64,000 bases of DNA, taken from an uncultured Candidatus Saccharibacteria bacterium. GTDB taxonomy: Bacteria; Patescibacteriota; Saccharimonadia; Saccharimonadales; CAYLGV01. Numbering within the stretch: the first letter of the stretch is position 1; every line of letters begins with the position of its first letter. The stretch covers positions 40,414 to 104,413 of the forward strand of contig CAYMZG010000003.1 of assembly GCA_964394925.1 (NCBI GenBank), in the 5' to 3' direction. Of the stretch, positions 36,461 through 45,295 are shown in pieces. The notes under the pieces were generated by a model. It had not been told where the DNA came from, searched no databases, and saw only the letters and a list, made by a program, of their open reading frames with translations. The translations under genes were made by a program, and so were the position numbers.

Positions 36461-37501
36461 CTATGCGTGATGGGCTGAGTGATCTTCTTTTTGGTGCAAC
36501 ATGCGACCCGTGTCGGCCACAACTTCTACAAGTCGGTTGCTGTAACCCCATTCGTTGTCATACCAGGCAACCACCTTGAGCATATTGCCTGCGACCACGG
36601 CGGTGAGCTTAAGGTCAACCGTACACGAGTGACTGTTGCCAATATAGTCACTACTTACCAATTCTTCTTCAGTAACCGCAAGAATACCTTGATAGTATGG
36701 CTCTTGGGCGGCCTTTTTGAAGGCTTCATTCACTTCTTCAACCGTGACATTTTTCTTGGTGATAATCACAAAGTCACTCAGCGATACAACTGGGGTAGGA
36801 ACGCGCACGCTGAGGCCGCCAAAGATACCCTGTAAGGCAGGGAGGGCCTTGCCGGCGGCGATTGATGCGCCCGTAGTTGTTGGAACAATGTTTTCGGCCG
36901 CATTACGAGCTTCACGTAAGTCTTTGGCTGGAGCATCTTGCAGGCGTTGACTAGCTGTGTAGCTGTGAACGGTGGTCATCATGGCTTTTTCGATGCCAAA
37001 ATGACTCTCAATTACGGCCGCGACAGGGGTTATACAGTTCGTGGTACACGAGGCGTTGCTAATAATCTCGCCTGAGTGCTCAAGCTTGTCTTCGTTAACA
37101 CCAAGCACAATGGTGGTAGCACCTTCGCCCTTGGCAGGTGCACTGATAACAACTTTTTTAGCACCTGCCTGCACATGGGCCTTGGCTTTTTCTGGGTCCA
37201 CAAAGAAACCAGTCGACTCAATAACGACGTCGACCTTCATATCACCCCAGGGCAGAGCGGCCGGATCCTTTTCGGCTAGAACCTTGATGTGCTTACCATT
37301 AATGATGATATTCGTTTCATCGAAGCTCACCTCATGCTGGTACGTACCGTAGTTACTGTCGTGTTTTAACAGATGTGCCAGCGTTCGCGTATCTGTCAGG
37401 TCATTGATGGCGACTATCTCACAGTCACTTCGGTCGAAAGCAACCTTAAAAGCATTTCGGCCAATGCGACCAAATCCGTTGATAGCAATTCGTGTTTTCA
37501 T
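36461..37501 (-). CDS. gap: type I glyceraldehyde-3-phosphate dehydrogenase
   Basis: 346 aa with INGFGRIGR, the SNASCTTNC active site and WYDNEWGYS. Confidence 0.96.
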   Translation of the reverse strand: MKTRIAINGFGRIGRNAFKVAFDRSDCEIVAINDLTDTRTLAHLLKHDSNYGTYQHEVSFDETNIIINGKHIKVLAEKDPAALPWGDMKVDVVIESTGFFVDPEKAKAHVQAGAKKVVISAPAKGEGATTIVLGVNEDKLEHSGEIISNASCTTNCITPVAAVIESHFGIEKAMMTTVHSYTASQRLQDAPAKDLREARNAAENIVPTTTGASIAAGKALPALQGIFGGLSVRVPTPVVSLSDFVIITKKNVTVEEVNEAFKKAAQEPYYQGILAVTEEELVSSDYIGNSHSCTVDLKLTAVVAGNMLKVVAWYDNEWGYSNRLVEVVADTGRMLHQKEDHSAHHA

Positions 37502-37602
37502 TCCCCTACCCTTGTATTAGCGTTAGCATGTTCTGCAGGGTATTGTACGGTGTTGTAGGGCTGGTTGCAACTGTTTGCAGAAGCTTCGGCAAGGATTGCT
37601 GG

Positions 37603-38133
37603 CTACTGTTGTTTGTAGCGCTCGATACACTCGTTGATAATCTTTTTGGCTTCTTCAACATCACCCCAGCCAACAACCTTGGTCGATCCAGGTTTCTTGA
37701 GATCTTTGTAGTGTGTGAAGTGATGCTCCACTTTTTGCTTCCAGCGTTCGCCCAAATCATCAAGTGACTTGAGCGTATCGCCTGTGTTTCGATCATCGGC
37801 TGGCGTCACGACTACCTTGTCGTCAACCTCGCCATCATCTTCAAACTTCATAACGCCAAGGACGCGAGCCTCAAACCAGATACCGGTGGGTAGTGCTTCA
37901 TCACAGACAATGAGGGTATCCAGTTCATCACCATCCTCATCAAGAGTTTGTGGGATAAAGCCATAGTTACAAGGCTTAGCAAAAATAGCCGGTTCAACGC
38001 GGTCGAGCATAAAGGCCGCGCGCTTACGGTCCCACTCAATTTTTAGGATCGAGCCTTCTGAAATTTCAACGACGGTATTCACCAGGCCATTCTCAACGTC
38101 GCCTGGATCCAAAACTTGATTAAAATCTGCCAT
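37603..38133 (-). CDS. ppa: family I inorganic pyrophosphatase
   Basis: The track ORF extends to 38340, but ATG 38133 has AAAGGAGAA upstream. Motifs EISEGS, YGFIPQTLDEDGDELD and DDKVV. Confidence 0.95.
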   Translation of the reverse strand: MADFNQVLDPGDVENGLVNTVVEISEGSILKIEWDRKRAAFMLDRVEPAIFAKPCNYGFIPQTLDEDGDELDTLIVCDEALPTGIWFEARVLGVMKFEDDGEVDDKVVVTPADDRNTGDTLKSLDDLGERWKQKVEHHFTHYKDLKKPGSTKVVGWGDVEEAKKIINECIERYKQQ

Positions 38134-38176
38134 ATATTCTCCTTTGTTTCGGTTCCTATTGTACACTAGAACGGTT

Positions 38177-38878
38177 ATGAAAATCATCGGCCATCGTGGC
38201 GCCGCCGGCTTAGCCCTCGAAAATACGGTTGAAAGCATTCGTGCTGCTATTGCAGCTGGGGTAGACGCCGTAGAGTTTGACATTCGGGTGACCGCCGACA
38301 ATAAGCTTGTTTTGGTACACGACAAGCACACTGGCCGCATTAGCCACGAGAGCCTACACGTACAAGATCACACGTTGGCAGAGTTACGAAAAAGGCTCCT
38401 CCATAATGGCCACCCTCCTGCCTCAATATATGAAGCCTTGGCGGCCGCAGGCAATACACCGGTTATTATTGAGGGCAAGGAATCGAAGTGGGCAGAACCA
38501 CTGGCGGCATTTCTTAAGCAGCAACCCCACCCCGCCAACTACCGTGTGATTTCTTTTAACTTGAAAGAGCTCTACCGCTTCAACTTGCTCATGCCATCCA
38601 TTAAGACGTACGCCCTGGAGCACACAAAGTCAATCGAAGCTATTCAATCAGCTCGGTTGCTTGGCTTTAATGGTATAGATATTAACTTTTGGTTGCTGAA
38701 CCCGCTGACGTATCTGCTGGCACGTCGCCGTAAACTCGACATTATCGTGTATACAGTTAATTCACCGTTCTTGGCACGCTTTCTAAAACTGTTCTATCCT
38801 CATGTGAGTATTACCACAGATGTGCCAGATAAATTACAGTTCCTGCGAAGCCGCCCAAAAACTGCAACCAAACAATAA
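38177..38878 (+). CDS. glycerophosphodiester phosphodiesterase family protein
   Basis: Start refined to ATG 38177 (MKIIGHRGAAGLALENTVESI...EFDIRVTADNKLVLVHD). Confidence 0.85.
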   Translation: MKIIGHRGAAGLALENTVESIRAAIAAGVDAVEFDIRVTADNKLVLVHDKHTGRISHESLHVQDHTLAELRKRLLHNGHPPASIYEALAAAGNTPVIIEGKESKWAEPLAAFLKQQPHPANYRVISFNLKELYRFNLLMPSIKTYALEHTKSIEAIQSARLLGFNGIDINFWLLNPLTYLLARRRKLDIIVYTVNSPFLARFLKLFYPHVSITTDVPDKLQFLRSRPKTATKQ

Positions 38879-38913
38879 GTTTGTCGCTATAATACTGACT
38901 AAGGAGCACTGCT

Positions 38914-39618
38914 ATGAACGTTAGTCTTGATCACATCGAACCTGTTGCCGACCACATTTATACCCTGTGGCTGAAGCCAGAAACAAAAACAACATATATT
39001 GCTGGCCAGTATATTGAAATGTATCTGCCTCACGAAAACTCCGATGAACGAGGGCAAAAACGTTGGTTCACGCTCTCTTCGTCACCGACCGAAGAACTGC
39101 TGGCGATTACTACAAAGCACTTCGGTGACCCTGTTAGTACCTTTAAGCAGCATTTGTTCGATCTGAAGCCAGGTGACCAACTTAAGTTGTCTGAGCCAAT
39201 GGGCGACTTTGTATTACCAAAGGATGCGTCTATACCACTCGTATTCGTTGTGGGGGGTATTGGGGCTACACCGGTTCGCAGCATGATTAAGTGGCTTGTC
39301 GACACTGGCGAGCAGCGCGATATTACGCTTATTTACGGAGTGCGCAAACCAAGCGAAGTTGCCTTTGGCGACGTCTTTGAAGCATACGGCCTAGCCCCTG
39401 AAGTTATTGTGAGTGAGCCAGACACAAGCTGGGACGGTCTGACTGGCCATATCACCGCAAAGCATATACTTGATGTGGCCGACAATGACCCACGCACCCT
39501 CATATATGTTTCTGGCCCAGAGCCACTAACTGAAAAACTCGAAGCTGATCTAAAAACAGCGGGCGTGTCGTCAGACCGTTTAGTTCTTGATTTCTTTCCA
39601 GGTTATCCAGAACAGTAA
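38914..39618 (+). CDS. ferredoxin-reductase-type FAD/NAD(P)-binding oxidoreductase
   Basis: 234 aa with RWFTLSS (RxYS-type FAD motif) and the GGIGATP NAD(P) loop. TATAAT plus AAGGAG upstream. Confidence 0.8.
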   Translation: MNVSLDHIEPVADHIYTLWLKPETKTTYIAGQYIEMYLPHENSDERGQKRWFTLSSSPTEELLAITTKHFGDPVSTFKQHLFDLKPGDQLKLSEPMGDFVLPKDASIPLVFVVGGIGATPVRSMIKWLVDTGEQRDITLIYGVRKPSEVAFGDVFEAYGLAPEVIVSEPDTSWDGLTGHITAKHILDVADNDPRTLIYVSGPEPLTEKLEADLKTAGVSSDRLVLDFFPGYPEQ

Positions 39619-39631
39619 GCCGAGCTTTAAC

Positions 39632-40078
39632 TTATTCGATTTCTGCCGGGCGCGCTAGTTGCTGCATCACAGCAAGGTAGCTCTCGAGTTGGTCAGGGTC
39701 AATTGAAGCGCTCAACGCCTCGAAAGCCAACTGCGAATCAAGCTCCATATTTCCAAGCAATCGCCTGCCCTTCAGGGTGACTTGCACTTGCCTACCGCGA
39801 TGATCGTCATGTGCAATATGTTGTTTACACAGTTTTTTCTCGATCAGTTTTGCAATCAGCGCCGTCGCTTGTGGCAGCGCAATATTGAGTCTGTCCGCAA
39901 TCGCGCCCATACGAATACCTTCTTTAGGCGCATCAGCGATTGTTGAGAGAGCCAACCATTCTATCATCGTTAGTGAGTAACGCTGTAACTCGGGCTCAAT
40001 AGCAGCTTTAAGCGCCCGCTCCGCTTCGTTGTACATGAGAAAGAACTCAGACATCGAAGGCGGAAGTTGCTTGCTCAT
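39632..40078 (-). CDS. MarR-family transcriptional regulator
   Basis: 148 aa with a winged HTH (IRMGAIADRLNIALPQATALIAKLIEKKL...DHRGRQVQVTLKG). 4-nt overlap with trxB. Confidence 0.85.
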   Translation of the reverse strand: MSKQLPPSMSEFFLMYNEAERALKAAIEPELQRYSLTMIEWLALSTIADAPKEGIRMGAIADRLNIALPQATALIAKLIEKKLCKQHIAHDDHRGRQVQVTLKGRRLLGNMELDSQLAFEALSASIDPDQLESYLAVMQQLARPAEIE

Positions 40079-41040
40079 TGTTTTTTGGTTGCTTCGCTGT
40101 GTTTTCGTAGGTGTTCTTCGAGATACTTGCGAATCATCATAGCTGCTGTGGCGCCCTCACCCGTAGCACTGGCAATTTGCATATTTGCCCCAGCTCGCAC
40201 ATCACCTGCCGTAAAAACGCCCGGCATGCTGGTAGTCAGATCATCACCTGCCATAACCATGCCGATTTGATCAAGTTTCACATCACTATTTTCCAAGAAT
40301 TGCGTGTTTGGCTGAAGGCCAACAAACACAAATACACCGTCGGTGGCAAATTCTACTTTTTTACCATCGTGTGTGCCAACTACTTTTGTTACTACATTGT
40401 TTTCGCCCACAATTTCATCGGTAGTCGTGGCTAAGTGTACCGTTATTTTGTCGGCATGCTTCTCAAGCTCATGCTGCAAAATTTCACTTGCGGACAACTT
40501 GCTGCGGACTAGTAAATCTATATGAGTTGCAAAGCGTGTTAAGAAAATAGCCTCTTGTACAGCTGAGTTGCCACCGCCCACAACGACCAGTCGCTTGTCA
40601 CGGTAGAACGCGCCATCACAGGTAGCGCAATAGTGCACGCCACGAGCGTAGTATTCTTGCTCGCCAGGTATGCCAAGTTTCTTGTAGTCGCTACCGGTGG
40701 CTAACAGAACGGCTTTCGCCAGAATATCACCATCGGTCGTTTCAAGACGCTTGAACTCACCTTCGTCATGAATACCAAACACTTCGCCCAAACGAATGTC
40801 CGCACCAAAACGCTCCGCCTGCTTACGCAGACTTTCTGCCAAGTCGAGCCCGGCAATACCATCAGGAAAGCCAGGGTAGTTGTCTACCCAATCAGTGACA
40901 GCAGCCAAGCCACCAACGACACCTTTTTCGTACAAGACTGTGTCGATATCCTCGCGGGTGGTATATATGGCCGCAGCCAAAGCGGCTGGTCCTGCACCAA
41001 CAATTACCAGTTCATGGATTTCTGGTTTCGTGTCACTCAT
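40075..41040 (-). CDS. trxB: thioredoxin-disulfide reductase
   Basis: 321 aa with GAGPAALAAAIY, the redox-active CATCDG, GGGNSAVQEA and a C-terminal GD motif. Confidence 0.95.
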   Translation of the reverse strand: MSDTKPEIHELVIVGAGPAALAAAIYTTREDIDTVLYEKGVVGGLAAVTDWVDNYPGFPDGIAGLDLAESLRKQAERFGADIRLGEVFGIHDEGEFKRLETTDGDILAKAVLLATGSDYKKLGIPGEQEYYARGVHYCATCDGAFYRDKRLVVVGGGNSAVQEAIFLTRFATHIDLLVRSKLSASEILQHELEKHADKITVHLATTTDEIVGENNVVTKVVGTHDGKKVEFATDGVFVFVGLQPNTQFLENSDVKLDQIGMVMAGDDLTTSMPGVFTAGDVRAGANMQIASATGEGATAAMMIRKYLEEHLRKHSEATKKQ

Positions 41041-41059
41041 AGTAGCGTGCCGACTAGAC

Positions 41060-41308
41060 CTATGCCAAAGCTGGGGCTAATTTTGCTAAATTGTAGCCCA
41101 CTACTACTTCTTGCGTATCATCAGTCTTCGTAACAACTGTTACGGGAACCGTTAATGCACCGCTGAGCGCAAAAGCTTCTTGCTGACGCTCGGGATTTTG
41201 GTCCAGGTTTACCTCGTCGTACGTAATACCCTTGGTACCAAGGAACTTTTTGACCATGCCACAGTAGGCGCAGGTATTAGTAGTGAAAATAGTGATGTTT
41301 TTGACCAT
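41060..41308 (-). CDS. glutaredoxin-like / NrdH-like small redoxin
   Basis: 82 aa with a CAYC active site and a TVPV cis-Pro loop. Confidence 0.8.
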   Translation of the reverse strand: MVKNITIFTTNTCAYCGMVKKFLGTKGITYDEVNLDQNPERQQEAFALSGALTVPVTVVTKTDDTQEVVVGYNLAKLAPALA

Positions 41309-41346
41309 TACTGATCTCCCTTGTTTATGTGTTGATTACATTGTTT

Positions 41347-41403
41347 TTAACGTTTTTATTGAAGCGTTAATTCATTATATCTAGCGTTTATGGTTAGTGT
41401 AAA
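41347..41403 (-). promoter_or_regulatory. promoter of the grx-trxB-marR operon (-35 TTTACA, 18 nt, -10 TATAAT) followed by inverted repeat TTAACG-N12-CGTTAA (candidate MarR operator)
   Basis: Minus strand reads TTTACActaaccataaacgctagaTATAATgaaTTAACGcttcaataaaaaCGTTAA. -35 at 41398-41403, -10 at 41374-41379, inverted repeat at 41347-41370. Confidence 0.55.
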
Positions 41404-41477
41404 GACCCTACATGTTGTGTTTTTTCACTTTTTGACACTTTTGTGAGTAATGTTACAAAACTATAGCTAGAATTACT

Positions 41478-42023
41478 CTATTGGCCGATTTTAATGAGCT
41501 CGATATCGAAAACAAGTGGTGCATTAGCAGGAATGCCAGAACCAACTGGCGGGTTTGCACCGTAAGCTTGATCGGCAGGAATTACCAAACGACGCGTGCC
41601 ACCAACCTTCATGCCAGGTACACCGTCGGTCCAACCCTTGATGACGCCCGAGAGTGGAAAAGTAACCGGGTTCCCAGTGTCTTTAGAACTCTGGAAAATC
41701 TTGCCCGTGCCGGCAACAGCACCAGTGTAATGAACCGTAACCGTGTCACCCGGCTTAACGACATCGCCGTTACCCTCTTTAGTATCGATCTTCTGTAGAC
41801 TGTCGACAGTTGTGACAGGGGTGAAGTTAGCGAGTTGTGTACCTTCCAATTTGGCCTCCTTATTTTGTTGTTGAGCTTGTGCCTGAACATCTTTAATGTT
41901 TTGTTGATTCTTTTTATCTTGTTGAGCCTGCCAGACCACTATTACTGCAGTAGCAACAGCCGTTGCGAGAAACAGCAAGGCTCCAACGAGCGCAAAGGCG
42001 CGTTCATGTGGCTTGGTAGCCAT
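41478..42023 (-). CDS. membrane-anchored FKBP-type peptidyl-prolyl cis-trans isomerase
   Basis: 181 aa with an N-terminal TM helix and FKBP core VTVHYTG...FPLSGVIKGW...GGTRRLVIP. Strong SD AAGGAGGG. Confidence 0.9.
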   Translation of the reverse strand: MATKPHERAFALVGALLFLATAVATAVIVVWQAQQDKKNQQNIKDVQAQAQQQNKEAKLEGTQLANFTPVTTVDSLQKIDTKEGNGDVVKPGDTVTVHYTGAVAGTGKIFQSSKDTGNPVTFPLSGVIKGWTDGVPGMKVGGTRRLVIPADQAYGANPPVGSGIPANAPLVFDIELIKIGQ

Positions 42024-42105
42024 TAATATAACCCTCCTTAACTTGTCTCACTAAGTATACGACCACCTAGCAAATGCCGCTAGAGTTTTTATCGCAACAG
42101 CAGCA

Positions 42106-43890
42106 TTATGCGGCAATGTCGTAGCTGCGTAGCTGTTTCTTGGTCTGTTCTTTATCCTTGCCACGCTGCAGTTTGAGTAGCTGGTCGTAAATACCACCAG
42201 AGGAAGCCAATTTGGCGGGTGAACCAATCTCATCGATTGCGCCGCTACGTAAGGTCACAATCTGGTCGACATGCTGGATGGTGCTCAAACGGTGAGCAAT
42301 GATAATAGTCGTACGACCCTTCATGAGTCGCTCGAGTGCCTCCTGCACCATCGCCTCCGACTTGCTGTCTAGGCTGCTAGTTGCTTCGTCGAGGATCAGA
42401 ATCGGTGCGTCTTTTAGCAGCGCACGTGCAATGGCAATACGTTGTTTCTGGCCACCAGAAAGTTTCAAGCCGCGCTCACCAATTTCAGTATCATAACCTT
42501 TCTCTAATTTGTTAATAAACTCATGAGCATTAGCGGCCTTGGCGGCAGCAATAACCTGCTTATCGGTAGCTGTGGGCTTAGCGTAACTAATGTTTTCACG
42601 AATTGTGCCACTAAAAAGCGCTGGATCCTGGAACACAACACCGATCTGCGTGCGCAAAGATGACTGGGTGACATCGTTAATATTTTGATCGTCAATGAGA
42701 ATAGTCCCCTTCTCAGGTTCGTACAAGCGAAGCAATAGGTTCGTGAGAGTAGTCTTGCCTTCGCCACTTTCACCAACGAGGGCAATTTTAGTATCCGGCT
42801 CAATGCTCAGATTAATGTTATGCAGAACGGGCTGGCTACTGTCATAGCTGAATGACACCTTGTTAAATTGAATCGAGCCTTTATGTACCTCTAGGGCAGC
42901 TGCCCCCGCATGATCGGCAATCTCGGGCTGCTCATCCATCACCTTAAAGTAGTCTTTGCTATTAGCGATTGCCCGCTGCGTGCGGTCCACCAGGAAGCTA
43001 ATGCTAAAAATTGGGATACGGATAAGCATTGAATACTGTATAAGTAGCACCATGGTGCCGATGCTATACACGCCGCGGGCGGTCTGCACAAAAATATACA
43101 TAAACACCATGAAGAAAATTACCGATAGTACTGCGCGGCGTTTGTTATCTTGACGATGCCAATACTTACTTTGCGGTTCGGTGGTCTTGACAGCGTGTTT
43201 CATGCGCCTGTCAAAGAACTTAAGTTCACGCACTTCTTGTACGAAACTCTTAACCACCTTGATCTGACTAATGCTTTCGTTGAAGCGGCCACTCGCGACA
43301 TCAAGATCCTGATTGATGGATTTTTGGTAGCCCTGCCACTTACCACTGGTTCGTGCCGTCATCCAGATAAAGATTGGGTACAACGTAAATAACATTAAAG
43401 CCACGGGCCAGGCATAATACGCCACAATAATGAGTGTAAAGATTGTACTGAAGATAAACTGCAAGAAGTTATTGCTAAAGATCTGTATAAAATCACCGAT
43501 GTCCTGAATGCCGCGACTCATGCGGTTGATGATTGTGCCAGTGAGCTCTGTGTCGTAGTAGCGTTGGGGGAGACTCAAGAGGTGCTCGTAGTATCGGTTG
43601 CTCATGTATTGCTTCAACTTAATGGCCAACATATCGCCCCAGTAGCCACTGATATTACCAAAGATGGTTTGGCCAAGGTCCGTCAAAAAAATCAAGAATG
43701 CGAATAGGGCAACCGTCTTGACATCATTGTGCCCATTGTTAATGCCGCTACTTATGCTATCTATAGCCGCTTTCGTAAAAAGCGGCACTAGCTGGCTCAT
43801 AGTTGCCAGCAAAATAGTCATCAGTCCAATTGCAATGTAGTAGCGCTTGAGACTACTCGTAAAACGCAAGATCCGCCAGATGTATTTCAT
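42106..43890 (-). CDS. ABC transporter, fused permease/ATPase (type I exporter)
   Basis: 594 aa with a 6-TM domain, Walker A GESGEGKTT, signature LSGGQKQR and Walker B ILILDEATS. Confidence 0.93.
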   Translation of the reverse strand: MKYIWRILRFTSSLKRYYIAIGLMTILLATMSQLVPLFTKAAIDSISSGINNGHNDVKTVALFAFLIFLTDLGQTIFGNISGYWGDMLAIKLKQYMSNRYYEHLLSLPQRYYDTELTGTIINRMSRGIQDIGDFIQIFSNNFLQFIFSTIFTLIIVAYYAWPVALMLFTLYPIFIWMTARTSGKWQGYQKSINQDLDVASGRFNESISQIKVVKSFVQEVRELKFFDRRMKHAVKTTEPQSKYWHRQDNKRRAVLSVIFFMVFMYIFVQTARGVYSIGTMVLLIQYSMLIRIPIFSISFLVDRTQRAIANSKDYFKVMDEQPEIADHAGAAALEVHKGSIQFNKVSFSYDSSQPVLHNINLSIEPDTKIALVGESGEGKTTLTNLLLRLYEPEKGTILIDDQNINDVTQSSLRTQIGVVFQDPALFSGTIRENISYAKPTATDKQVIAAAKAANAHEFINKLEKGYDTEIGERGLKLSGGQKQRIAIARALLKDAPILILDEATSSLDSKSEAMVQEALERLMKGRTTIIIAHRLSTIQHVDQIVTLRSGAIDEIGSPAKLASSGGIYDQLLKLQRGKDKEQTKKQLRSYDIAA

Positions 43891-43915
43891 TACTTTTAGC
43901 TTACCACGTGAGCAA

Positions 43916-45295
43916 TTACAGTTTCATTTCTTCAAACGCATCACGAAGCAGGCTGTACATAACAGCGTAATCGGCATTGTTGTCGAGCGAGTACAGATAC
44001 ACCACATTGTCGACAACTTCAATATTTACCTTAAATGGCAGGGCAAATAATTTCTCCATATACACAGGGTGCAGCAGTTCGAAAGCTGTCACCTGCTCAA
44101 CATTAGTAGCATACACGTTGTAGCGCTTGTTAAAGTCAGCCCACTCCAGACTGAGTTTATTGTAGCCGGCGGGCGTACGCTGGAACATTGAGGCCATAAC
44201 ACCTTGCTTTGCTTGAACAATCAGTGAGTCATACCGTTTTGGCAAAGCTACTTGCGCTATCACATATTGCTGCGGGTTCATGCTTTTACTCTGGGAATAC
44301 ATAGATGGCAAATACGTGTAGAGTTCAACAATAAGGTTATGATAAACGCCGATAACATGGTTGTTTATGTCTGACTTGCCGAACCGGCCACCGCTAAACA
44401 ACATGCCACGTCGTGGTAGCAGTAGCCAACCCCAGTCCTTGCTGTAAAACAGTCCGTTATCCTTTGCGAATGACTCAATCTCTGGGCGCGCCAGATAGGC
44501 ATCTTCAGTTTCTTGCATAATGCCATCAAGCAGCCATGTATTGCCGCTACGCACAAAGCGCCAGTACTCAGTAAAAATGCTTTTGTCCTGAAAAAGAAGC
44601 GTTTCTTGTCCATCGATCTGTTCAATCAGCACATCGTTGGCTCGAGCTTTCACCATAAAGGTTACCCGGTCCCCCGAATTATCACTAAAGTCTTGCACTT
44701 CAGTTGGTTCAGGAGCACTTATCAGTTCGGGGTTCTGGACATCATTGCGACGCTGGCGCAGTTTAATGGCTGCCATTACTAAAGACATATGCTGCCAATA
44801 CGGTTCGGTAAGATAAGACCGCATACTATCTATATTGAATGTTGACCAGTCGGCCTGAAATTGCATAAAGGTGTTCTGCACACCTTGTTGCAACGAAGTC
44901 AGATCCCAGGCAGGGTCTGCTTGCGCAGCTACAGCAATATCTTTCTTGGCTTTACCAATACGCTTCAAATAGCGCTCGCCCCAGCCCCTGTAGCCACCTA
45001 CGCCGCCAGCCAGGGCCAAAGCGGCAAGCAATATTCCCCAACCACGAAAGCCAATAATTGCAACAAAAATCCAAAACGTCACTGCAACGAGCGTTCCCGC
45101 AAGGCAAGCAATTGCTAAAGCCGGGTCGGTCAGCCGACGACGCAGCCAAACACCCCATGCATGTGGAGGGATGTAGCCCATGAGGAACAATATGCTGTCA
45201 GCGCCACCTCCGCCACCGCCAGAACCACCGCCGCCACCACGAGCAAAAAACAACAGGTCATTCGACGCTATTGTAATCAAGTGTGGTAAGGTCAT
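43916..45295 (-). CDS. membrane protein with Gly-run, Tim44-like middle region and DUF3137-like C-terminal half (tentative)
   Basis: 459 aa with the ARGGGGGSGGGGGGADS run and 2-3 TM helices. Domain names come from memory of similar architectures and were not searched. Confidence 0.55.
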   Translation of the reverse strand: MTLPHLITIASNDLLFFARGGGGGSGGGGGGADSILFLMGYIPPHAWGVWLRRRLTDPALAIACLAGTLVAVTFWIFVAIIGFRGWGILLAALALAGGVGGYRGWGERYLKRIGKAKKDIAVAAQADPAWDLTSLQQGVQNTFMQFQADWSTFNIDSMRSYLTEPYWQHMSLVMAAIKLRQRRNDVQNPELISAPEPTEVQDFSDNSGDRVTFMVKARANDVLIEQIDGQETLLFQDKSIFTEYWRFVRSGNTWLLDGIMQETEDAYLARPEIESFAKDNGLFYSKDWGWLLLPRRGMLFSGGRFGKSDINNHVIGVYHNLIVELYTYLPSMYSQSKSMNPQQYVIAQVALPKRYDSLIVQAKQGVMASMFQRTPAGYNKLSLEWADFNKRYNVYATNVEQVTAFELLHPVYMEKLFALPFKVNIEVVDNVVYLYSLDNNADYAVMYSLLRDAFEEMKL

